From contig CM119269.1 in the NCBI GenBank assembly GCA_051294375.1, forward strand, positions 17,408,265 to 17,472,264: a DNA stretch of 64,000 nucleotides. Direction: 5' to 3'. Positions 49,881 through 61,200 of this stretch are shown here, one piece after another. Under the pieces are notes generated by a model. The model saw only the letters and a program-made list of their open reading frames with translations. It was not told the origin of the DNA and made no database searches. The DNA is from Paraspadella gotoi. Its lineage: Eukaryota; Animalia; Chaetognatha. The stretch's first letter is position 1. Each line of letters starts with the position of its first letter. Position numbers and translations under genes: made by a program.

Positions 49881-51177
49881 GCGATTGAAAAAAAAACCGA
49901 AGAAAAGGTCGGAATAGTTGATAGTTGATGTTGATGGGAAAGAATCAAAATTTTAAAAAGGCTGTTTATTTCGTGCTCTATTTTCGTGTGGTTTAAGAAT
50001 AGTAAACTCCTGATATCATTTTAGACATCCGTGGCGTAACGATCGGCCCCTTATCGAAGTTGTGTTCTCTTCTTTGTGGCTCTGCCCTCTGAATCTCTAT
50101 TGCTGGCGAATTGCAACGGCGGTTCCCTTCTTTGCCGATGAGCGAAAGTTTACGCTGCTGACTACTGTTACGGCGCTAGCGGCTTTTGTCACTTTTTCCG
50201 GGCGGCAGTCATTATACCCTGCTACGATTTCATTGACGGTCAGCCTAGAACGTATGTAATGTGTATTGGTAATAATCAAAAGATGAAAGCGAAGTAAAAC
50301 TAGTTTCCAATTCCCCCCCTCTTGCAAACGGGATTTATGAAAAAATTTTTTTAATGACTTCTATACTACATATATAAAAATTCTTGAATGCGTGCGGTAT
50401 GAGAGTTTTTAATCCGTACTAGTTTTTACGGCGGCGAAGAGGAATACTGGAGTTCTCCGACTGTCACGGTTCAGCTCTCGCCTCCCTGTGGTTCGCTTGC
50501 TGCGTCACCAAATTGCAAAACTGGCTGCAACTTCCCTGCGAGATTCGGTTGGCTTCATTTATTGCCGCCTTCTTTTCCATTTATGTCGTGGAGAGGGCGA
50601 CAGAATGGGAAGGACCCTTATGCTCAGGGGTCATTGGATACAGGGATTGGTTTTGGCTTCATTTTTCCATTTAATTTTTTCTCTTTCAGTTATTCTCCCA
50701 GTGAAGGTTGTCGAGATAAAAATGGCGAACAAAAAATGAGATGAATCGATTTATTGAAATCAGAAAAGTGAATGGGATCGAATTGGCTAATTGTACAGGG
50801 TGGCATTCATTTTTATCAGGCAAGAGAGAAAAAAATTTGGTTTACATTTATAAACAAAGCAATACAAAAAAATTTCAAATAAGGTAGTTTTTGCTACCGG
50901 CGTTTGAAAAGAGGGAGCAAAATAATTTCTTAGCGGGCATTATATTTTTAAAGAATTCAGCCGATGATTAATTCTTTATTACTAATATGATCGTGATCTC
51001 CGTTTCCTGAAATTACTTTAAATTATGAAAATTATGAAAAGTCCTTTAAAGGTTCACACACGTTTTGCCTGGTGACTGGTGAGATTTCATTTAATTTTCG
51101 TATTTAGTTTCATATTAAACGATCATTCATTTTATGCGAGTAATACTAATAGCCTATATAGGTAAAAAAAAATTATA

Positions 51178-52559
51178 ATGTCCTGCATCAACGCCGCCCA
51201 GTTATCGCCTCAAAACTCAAACATAGAGAGTGATGCGATTGTCGACAATAACAAAGATGACGCGCGTGTTGAGCCGACAGTTGCTCTTGGGTGCTCGGCG
51301 GACTCGTCGCCGGAAACTCGTAAGAGAAAGTTGCTTTCCGGAGCGGACTCGGAGTCGGCAGCGAAAATATCGGCGCGTCATCAAAATCGATCATCAGTCG
51401 GCGTCGAAAAAGTTTTCGTTTGGGATTTGGACGAGACACTGATAGTCTTTCAGACACTTCTATCGGGTGAGCAGGCGTAAATTAGCATGTCCGTTTAACA
51501 TTAAGGATAAACGTTAATAATCCGAAATTTCTTGCCAGGCGTTTACGCCCGAAAAACGGGGAAAGACACCAAACTTTGCGAGAGTCTCGCCTTGCGTATG
51601 GAATCTTTAATTTTCGACTTTTGCGAGAAACACTTTTTCTTCGAGGATTTGGAGGACCGCGATCAGGCTCACGCGGATGATGCCGACGAAGCCGACGACG
51701 GAATCGACTTGGAAGGCTACGACTTTCGTGGGGACGGATTTAGAACTTATCGTGTCGATTCGGGCTCGACCGACTGTCGAAACTCTGTCGACGGAGGAGA
51801 TTTTGCCAAGAAATTAGCCTATCGCTATCGTCGCATGAAAACAATTTACGAGTCAGCGCGACATTCCATGGCCAAGACTTTCGACGAAATTCAAACAAAA
51901 GATTGGCGCTCATTGAGGTGAGAAACGCGTCTATTCTGAATTGCCTTTCAGAGTTTATTTGGATTTGAATGTCGAATTGACGGACCGTAAATTTTGTATC
52001 CCCAGAGAAAATATCGAATCTCTGACCGAAAACTGGAGCTCTGTTGACGCGTCCAATTGTTTGAAGACGATTCGATTGCGTGGAAACAACGTCAACATCG
52101 TCGTCACAAACACGCAACTCGTACCCGCCCTCGCCAAGATTCTTCTCTACGAGCTTGGCCCTTTCTTTCCCGTAGAGAACGTTTATAGCTCAGCTCAAAT
52201 AGGCAAGGTATCATGACTAATCCCTTTGATGGGAATGGGCTTGCTGGCTGTTGTTTTTTGTTTTAGCGCTTGACAGGTACATATGGGATTTGTTGCCTCC
52301 GAGTTAATAATTACGAGATTAGTGTAGATTGTAGAAGATACAGTGTAGAATTATCTTAATAAATGGTCTTCATCCGACTCAGGCGGCATGTTTCCGGCGC
52401 TTGGCGGAGAGGTTCGGCGCCGACGCCGCTTACGTGGTTGTCGGCGACGGCAAAGAGGAGGAAGAAGTCGCCGAAAAGATGGACTTTCAGTTTTGGAAAG
52501 TTTCGGCCAAAAGAGATTTGGCCAGCCTTTACGGGGCTCTCAAGTTGAACTACTTGTGA
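51178..52559 (+). CDS. EYA: Eyes absent family HAD tyrosine phosphatase with a very short N-terminus, 4 exons
   Basis: EKVFVWDLDETLIVFQTLLSG, HFFFEDLED, KKLAYRYRRMK, VTNTQLVPALAKILLY, ENVYSSAQIGK and VVVGDGKEEE. Confidence 0.92.
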
Positions 52560-52912
52560 TTTTTTTCTTATACGTATTTATATATTTTATAACGGAACTT
52601 ATAATCTTGTTATTGGTGTTATTCTGCGACTTCAGACTAAGCGCCGACGAATTTTTAGCAATCTTGGTTGATAAAGTTGACAATGCCTCGAGAAATAATC
52701 GTTTCAAGCACCGTTTGTACGCCTTTTACGAAAATTCTGTCTGTAGGGTCAGTTATCAGATTGTTTTCAATGATTTATGTTAATTGGTTGCGTTAATATT
52801 CATTGTATCTCATTCATTTTATATCGTTCCTTTTACATCCCCCACTTTGCTCTTCGATGGAGATTCCCTTGCATAGATATTTATAATTAAACTAAGAAAA
52901 CCCGAAACCGCG

Positions 52913-55195
52913 ATGGCTTTAAGGCGATCGACGGGGATCTCTTTCTTCAAACTAATGCCGTGTTCTTCCTGTCCTCCAGCGCAACCTCCGCTTTCGCTTA
53001 TTAACTCGTTGTTGACCAGGAGTTCGCGCGCCATGACGACATCACCAGTTCAGTTGGCGTCCGCCGCGTCAGAAGGCAGCTTCCGCGTCGAGAAGGATAC
53101 TTTCGGCGAACTCAGGGTAAGTGATGCTCTGATTTAAGTAAGGTGAATTAATTTGAACAATGAAAATAAAATTCCATTTTTCGTTGTAGGTTCCTTCCAA
53201 CAAATACTACGGGGCGCAGACAGCTCGATCGATGATGAACTTCGACATCGGCGGTCCGTCGGAGAGGATGCCCCTAGAGATTATCCACGGCATGGCCATA
53301 CTTAAGAAAGTGAGAGGTCTTATTGGTTTTATTTACTAATTTTAGGTACTAAATATATAACAGTTATTGCCATTAAAAAAAATTCATTCGTGGAAATATT
53401 GGAACCATTTGTCTTTAATTTACGTTGGACTATTTCTGATTTTTACCGAACAGGCTGCGGCAATCGTTAATCAAGAGTTTGGCTTGGATCCGAAATTGTC
53501 GGAGGCCATCGTCCAAGCGGCCGACGAGGTCATTTCGGGCAAACTAGATGACCACTTTCCGCTGGTGAGGATTTCAATCCGATATTTGTCTCGGCATTTC
53601 TCGACGTCCTCTCTTCTCGACAGGTCATCTGGCAAACTGGTTCGGGCACGCAGACCAACATGAACACGAACGAAGTGATTTCCAACCGCGCCATCGAAAT
53701 TCTCGGAGGCACCCTCGGTTCCAAGGAACCAGTCCATCCCAACGATCATGTCAACAAGAGTAAAACCTGCCTGTTGCTTTTCTCTCGCCGCTTCTGTTTA
53801 AGTCGTATTTTTATATTTTTATTTTCCGTTTTCCCCCCACAGGTCAGTCCTCCAATGACACTTTCCCGACGGCGATGCACATCGCTGTGGCTCGGTCGAT
53901 CCACGCAACTTTACTCCCCAACCTTCTCACCCTCCGAGACGCTCTCAAGGCCAAGCAGGAAGAGTTCGCCAAGATCATTAAAATCGGGAGAACGCACTTG
54001 CAGGTTCGAAGAGAGAAACAATAGTAGAAAACTATGTCAACTATTTGCGCTTTTATTTTCGTCAGGACGCGACCCCATTGACCCTTGGTCAGGAGTTTTC
54101 TGGTTATGTTCAACAGCTTGAAAACGGTATCGCCCGAGTTCACGTAAGCAATTTCATTTGCTGCCACTGAGTTATTTAAGTACATTATTTTATCAACGGT
54201 TATCATTTAGGACACTCTTCCTCGCCTTTACTTTCTGGCGGCTGGAGGAACGGCTGTCGGTACTGGTCTCAACACCCCCGTCGGATTCGCCGAAAAAATC
54301 GCCGAGAGGGTCGCCCTTCTCACGGAGATTCCTTTCGTGACCGCACCCAATAAGTTTGAGGGTAAAATTATTCCTTTGAATACGTTGGCACCCTAAGCAA
54401 AGAAATCTCAGTAATTCAGTGAGCGTCGTGCAAATTCACTTCTTTCTCGAACAGGCCTAGCAGCTCACGATTCTCTGGTAGAAGTCAGCGGCGCCCTCAA
54501 TACTTTAGCTTGTTCCCTTATGAAGATCGCTAATGACATCCGTCTGCTCGGGTCCGGTCCCCGCTGCGGCCTCGGCGAACTCAGCCTTCCCGAGAACGAG
54601 CCCGGCAGCTCCATCATGCCCGGCAAAGTGAGTCTAGTCTTGGCAGACAAGCGAGATCGTGACACCAATAGTATCGCTTCCTTCACATGCTCCATATTTC
54701 CCCATCTCCAGGTGAATCCCACCCAATGCGAAGCGATGACGATGGTCGCCGCCCAAATTATCGGCAACAATGTGGCCGTTTCTGTCGGCGGATCAAACGG
54801 CCACTTCGAGTTGAACGTCTTTAAGCCGCAGATGTCCGCTAATGTTCTGCGCTCTATCCGATTGATTGGTTAGAGAATTACGCGTTCCTGCGATTGCGAC
54901 CTTAATTTTCTTTATTTGCTTTTTTTTTGCAGGGGACGCTTGTCGATCTTTCACCAAAAACTGCGTGGTGGGAATTGTCGCCAACAAAGAAAACATAGAT
55001 AGAATCCTAAACGAATCCTTGATGCTGGTGACAGCGTTGAATCCTCACATTGGATATGACAACGCGGCCGCCATCGCCAAAAACGCCCATCATAAGGGAT
55101 TAACGCTTAAGCAGAGCGCACTTGAGTTGGGTCACCTCACTGAGGAACAGTTTAATAAGTGGGTCAGGCCCGAAGACATGCTCGGCCCAAGATAA
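52913..55195 (+). CDS. FH: Fumarate hydratase (class II), multi-exon
   Basis: [29 protein letters not shown], signature [27 protein letters not shown]. Confidence 0.97.
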
Positions 55196-55223
55196 AAAAA
55201 TTCTTTCAAGGCGTCGTCGTGGT

Positions 55224-55985
55224 TTTTTTTATCTCGCCCATCTTGGCAATATAATAGTTTAAAATTGCTTCTTCGTGACCATCGTTGTCATGCTTTTTTA
55301 TAATTAAAAATTGTAAAAGTGTGTAACCATAGGAAGATAAAAATTTAGATATAGCTTCTAATCAGTAAGATCTTTTAGATTCATATGTTTCAAATTGTTA
55401 CACGCTTTTGTTTTATTTACAAAACAATTTTTTTATAAAAACTATTACAAATTATATTTTAATTATATATTGCTTTCTCTCTTTTGTCTCTCTCCCGTTT
55501 TTTTTGTTGCTGCCTCTCCTGATTCGTCTAAAAACGAGTTAAGTTCTGCAGCAGCTGTCCGGTGTTTGTCCAGCTTCTCTCTATTTCTATCTCTCTTTCT
55601 TTTTCTCTTTTTCTCTTTCACTCAATGACTATCATCGTTAATAAATAATTATCATTGCGTCAATCATTTAGTTATCATTGTATCAATTATTGGTTATCAT
55701 CGCATTAATTTTTGGTTATCTTCGCATCAATAATTGGTTATTACATCAATCAATTACTATTACATCAATCTATTACTATTACATCAATCTATTATTATGA
55801 CATTAATCAATTACTATTAAATAAATCGATTATTATTACATCAATAAATTATTATTATATCAATCAATTATTATTATATTAATAATTTGTTATCGCATCA
55901 ATTATTCGGTTTTTTTTATAGTTTTTTTCATTAATTTTCTTTGATAGTAGCGTCTAGCGAGATCAATATACTTTTAAGATTTTTT
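55224..55985 (+). mobile_element. HINE-like repeat family B copy, just downstream of FH
   Basis: Same termini and ATC/TTA-rich core as 48088-49302. Confidence 0.55.
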
Positions 55986-56115
55986 AATAATAATATATCT
56001 GTGAATCTTTCCGATTTTTTTTTAAACGCGGACTAGTCTAGAATAGAATGTTTTTGACGGCTTTGTTTGTTTTTGCAAATTTTACACAGATATTCGAAGG
56101 TAATTAATCGGTTTC

Positions 56116-56370
56116 ATGGCGCCGTGGGGAAGGATTCCATTCAATAATTGGGTGGGGAATGCTTTGGCGTTCGTTATGTTTACTGGTTCAATTTATTATC
56201 ATATTGGCGGAAACCTTTTCAAATCGTTAGCTCCGCCTAACAGTCCTGTCGATCTACCGGAGTGCATCTCATGCGGCAAGGTGCTCGAGGTTTTTTTTTA
56301 TCTGATAGAAAATAATATGAGGATGACTGAAGTCTTTAATTTTTTTTTGCAGGTAAATGATGGGAATTAG
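56116..56370 (+). CDS. Putative 60-aa single-TM microprotein, 2 exons (intron 56281-56352)
   Basis: MAPWGRIPFNNWVGNALAFVMFTGSIYYHIGG...PECISCGK|VNDGN*, with AAG|GT donor, TTTTTTGCAG acceptor and GC-richer exon. Confidence 0.55.
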   Translation: MAPWGRIPFNNWVGNALAFVMFTGSIYYHIGGNLFKSLAPPNSPVDLPECISCGKVLEVFFYLIENNMRMTEVFNFFLQVNDGN

Positions 56371-56533
56371 AAGACCAGCGAACTTCGAAAGACTGACCGA
56401 AATTTTTTTTTCACGATCACTGCTTTTATAATGCATAGGAGTTTGCATATTGACTTTAGATACATTTTGATGGGTCCGTTTTATTTATTGTTCTTGCCCA
56501 AATAATGTCCCTTAAGCAGAGATAGCGTCAGGG

Positions 56534-58080
56534 ATGGCTAAATTACGAACTTTGTCTCTCCGTTTGACCACCCATTTGGCGGAGACAAAATCTGTGGCGC
56601 TCGGTCGCGAAGTCATGGCTTTCAATTTAAAAGTTGGTATTCGAACGCAGCTTCATTATGTACAACCTACATGCCACTTCCACACTTCCATTTTGGGCGG
56701 TCTGCTTGGAAATCCGAAATCTATAATTTATGATTTGGATATTCAAGGTTAAATACCTGTTTGAAACTAAAATTTTTTAAAAAATACATTATTTTCGAAT
56801 TATAAGTTTTTTGATAAAAACTCCACTCAATTTAAATCTAATATGGTACCAACTCCAGATTATTTTATACTAATACCACTGGGATCCAACTTTTTCGTCC
56901 CCAGAACCGCGCAAACCGGAAGAGTGGGTGTTTCGCTACGTCCGTTACGGCAAAAGCAAGAAGGAGTGGCGTCGGGTGGTTCCAATGGGCATCCCGCAGC
57001 TCGAGTTCATTCCCGAGGGTCACGTGGACCGAGCGGGTCGGCGCTATACGGTCGACATTCTCCCTTGGAAGAAAACAGAAGGGCGTCATCCGGAGACTGG
57101 ACGGCGAACCAATTTTCGCGTGGGCGGCGGCGCCCCACGGTGGGGGAGGGTCTCCTTATAATTGTTGTTAGATTAGTCGCAAATGATGTCATCCATGGAG
57201 ATAAGATAACCTCCTAAAGATGAACTTTTGACCCCAGTTACTTACAATTTCTTTCTTCATTAATATTTTATTTTCCCTCTAGTGACTATCGCATGTTGGA
57301 CACCACCCGCAATGTTCCACTAGGCGAGCGGTCGCCATTTGTGGAGCGCGTGCTGGAGATCGTCGAGGACGAGACGCGGACGGCGCACTTGGCCCTCGTC
57401 GCCAACGGGAACTTCAAGCGCTTCATCATTGCCTCGGAAAATATGAAGGCCGGCGATCTCATCAAGACGCATAACCGAATCCCAAGGAATCCTGTTCAGG
57501 TTCATTGATTCATTTGAATAGCAATACTGTTCTCGGTTACGGACCTTGATTATCAAAGGTCGTTAATAAATTTTGTCGGTCTCAGGCTTTTGAAGGCGAC
57601 GCGTTTCCTGTGGGTGCTCTAGCTATAGGCACGATGGTTCACAACGTGGAAACTCAGCCGGGAGAAGGCGGGACATGGGCGTTTAAGGCCGGAGAGTACG
57701 GAACCATCGTCAACAAAATCGCCGATCGCGTTGTCGTCTCGATGTGGAGGCACAAGCGACAGAATCAGGTAGCCTCTTATTTCCCTCCGCCTTTAAATTA
57801 CTTATATTTATCTGATTTCCTCGTCATATTCCTTTTTTTCGTTTAGGAAATTAGCATCGATGAGCGTTGCATGGCAACCGTAGGTCGCGTCTCTAATCTT
57901 GTCTACTACATGATTCCGATCGGTTCGGCTTGGATGAAACGGAAGCTAGGATACCGATCGAGGTCGGGCCTTTTCCAGAAAAAAGACGGCCGTTTTGGTC
58001 GAAGGATCAAGCCCCCACCCGACATGAAAGTCTTTGAACCGCCAGCACGTCCCTTTACTCCTGTCTACAAAGACAGCTGA
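56534..58080 (+). CDS. MRPL2: Mitochondrial ribosomal protein uL2m, multi-exon
   Basis: Transit peptide, RTAHLALVANG..KRFIIASENMKAGDLI, EGDAFPVGALAIGTMVHNVE, CMATVGRVSN and RSGLFQKKDGRFGRRIKP. Confidence 0.9.
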
Positions 58081-58216
58081 CCCGATTTGTTTACGTTCCC
58101 CCTTCTCCCCACACTTGCTTACAGATGAAGCGTTGACTGTATTTTTTTTTGTTGAATAGAAAAAAAAAGGAAATTGTTAAATCGTTTAAAGACCTGACGT
58201 ATGAAATCCTAACGAA

Positions 58217-61200
58217 ATGGAGACCAACGTGTTTGAGTTTAGTTACGGAAACCAAACTCCGGACCCTTTTTTCCCTTATATGGTGGACTGTAGTGTACCC
58301 CTAGTCATCGACAACGGGTCATTTAAATTCCGAGTCGGGTGGGCGTCGAACCCCGAACCATCCATCGTGGCGCGCAGTCTACTTTGCAAGCAGCGGGGGA
58401 AAAAAGACTGGGAGTCTCAGGTCAGTTCTAGATTCTGGCGTAATCAAATTTTGCTCTGAAATTACATGGTGACAATTTAACAAGCGCCGGTAAACAAGTT
58501 TGAGCAAACAATGTCGGATCTGCCCACGATCATTATCGGTAATTAATTAACTAATTAATTAATTCAATTAATTAGGCAATTAATTAATTAGATCCAAAAT
58601 GTTTGTTTTGATTAATTAACTGATTAATTAACTGATTAATTATTTGATTAATTAATACATCTTGCATTTACATTTAAAATAAAAAGAAAAAGAAGCAGAA
58701 TCAATTAGTGAAACAGGTTCTTTGTTTTTTCCATTTAAACTCATTTTTACTCAAACAATTCCATAGAAACTTGATTTCCAGTTTAATCACACACTTTTCT
58801 ACCCAAATACAAAATTTCAAGTCAATCGCCCCATCCACTCGAGTAATTGGTGTTAAAATAGTGAAATATTTATATATATATATTTTTTTTAATTTAAACT
58901 CATTTCCACTCGGACGATTCCATCGGAACTTCATATCCAGCTCAATCACACACTTCCCTTCCCACACACAAAATTTCATTCCAATCCATCCATCCAATCA
59001 CGAGTAATTGGTGTTTTTTGCTAAGGTGGGACGGAAGGACAGACAGACACAGATGGACGGATGGACATTTTTTTTGTACAATTTATCATAATTCGATGTT
59101 CTGAATGCCCGACAAGATTGAGGGGGCGGACCGACAGACCGACAAAGTGAATTATAGAGTCGGGATCTGCTGATAAGCAGAACCCACTAAAAACTACCAT
59201 TGGTCCATTCAAAAACGCGTAAAGATTTTATTTTTTAATATTTTGGAAAAAAAATCTTAGCTAAGACGTGCACGTTTTTTATTTATAAATATTATGTCAT
59301 TCGGTTCACATTTGCTTTGACAGTAAGGTAAGAAAGATGGCTTGGAAAGTTGTCACGATCAAGAGATAGCGCTTTTTAGCGTTTAGCGGTTTGGCGTTTG
59401 CCTGCGACCCATCTGATATCAAACTCTGAACCAGGTAGGCAACGACATTCCCAACTTGGACGCCGTCAGATGGGCTTTGAGATCTCCGTTCGAGCGCAAC
59501 GTTGTTACTCATGTCGACGTTCAAGAATTTATCCTCGATCACGTGTTCTCGAGATTGAGGTTCGCTGTTTTCTTGAAAACTTTCCTGAGGTCCACCCTAC
59601 GCAATGCACGATTGTACAGTAGCGTTAAGGGAAATGTGGCGATTAAAAACATTGATCCTAATTGTACATACTTATGTAGGTCAATATTTATCACTTTTTA
59701 TAATTAGGAGTTCTGTAATATAAAATTCTTTTGTCTGAAGAGACTGTAATTATTGTTGTGTTAGTGACAGAATCGTTCAATATAAGCAGTCCCTGAGCTT
59801 CGCATCAGGCTGTAACACCGTGTTACAGGCGGGTTAAGCGCCCCGTCCCTCTTAACTGCGAGGCCACCACCGGGCTAAAACCCCGGACCTTTGGGTTAAT
59901 AGGCGAATGACTTGCCTCCTGCACCAGTGGCCGCGGATGAACGGTTAGTGGATTTTAATCCACCATATGTACATCATTTACTTAATCAATATTTACTATC
60001 ACTTTTTAAATTCTTCCTAATTTTTTCATTAATTTTCTTTGATAGTAGTAACGTCTGGTGAGATCACTATGTATACTTTTAAGATTTTTTATCGTCGCAA
60101 TCACTGCGTTTGCGACGATCTCGTAACGCTTTTGCACAAGTGGCGTCGTCGTCGTCGTCCGGGTTCCAATTTATAGATCGCCTTTTTGAAAATTAAATTT
60201 GAGTGTATGAAGCTGAAAATTTATATACAGCTTCTCATCGAGGTCCTTGAAATTGGGTGAGGACGTTTATTAAATATGTTTTGTGTACGTTTTATCAAAA
60301 CAAAAAAAATTGCTCTACTTTTATTTTTATGTCTCTTTCTTTCTCTCTTTTCTCTTTTAATTATATGTAGCTCTCTCTCTCTCTTTTCCCCAGTCGCGGA
60401 TTCCTTGGGCTCTGCAGGGGCTTTTTTTTTTTCTCTCTTTTCTCCTGCTGCTTCTGCTGATTCGTCCAAAAACGATTTGGCTTCTCTTTCTTTCTCTCTC
60501 TCTCTCTCTCTCTGCGTTTTTATTTAAAAAAAAATTTAATTAGGCATCCCATTCATGCATGTTATCATTTTGTATCCCAACATCGGGTTTTTATTTCGTT
60601 CTTTCTTCTCGTTACTCTTTCTTTATTTTTATTTTTCTTTCTTTCCTTTCTATTCTTTTTTTCCTTTCTATTCTTTTTTCCTTTCTATTCTTTCTTTCCT
60701 TTCTATTCTTTCCTTTCTATTCTTTCTTTCCTTTCTATTCTTTCTTTCCTTTCTATTCTTTCTTTCCTTTCTATTCTTTCTTTCCTTTCTATTCTTTCTT
60801 TCCTTTCTATTCTTTCTTTCCTTTCTATTCTTTCTTTCAATTTATTCTTTTCTTTTTTTCTTTCTTTTTATAAATTTTCTTTTCTCTATTTGATTTTTTT
60901 TAGTATCAAAATTTGTCGCCAATCCAGATTTTTCTTATGCGATTGCAACGGTCCTTATGCTTTTAAGATTTTTAATTTCGTTATCCCACAGGGATGCTCT
61001 AACGTTATTTATGAAATTGGTACAACCAATATAAAATTATCCATTCATTTAATAAATAAGCTATCTTGTCCCTGACTTTGGACAGGCTTTTTAGGCTTTT
61101 AAGGCCTCCATCACACTTACAAGATAATAACATAGCAGGATTCTGCAAGCTTTCAATCAAGACTCTCTCACAGTCTTATTTATTCACTCCCAGTGAACCT

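Noticed and set aside
59860-59935. Functional tRNA gene
   Set aside because: The T-loop/B box is degenerate, the anticodon arm is imperfect, there is no poly-T terminator, and it continues into a SINE-like body.
60555-60893. Phe/Ser/Leu-rich ORFs (also at 41243-42042 and 44900-45091)
   Set aside because: These are translations of pyrimidine-rich tandem repeats within family A elements.
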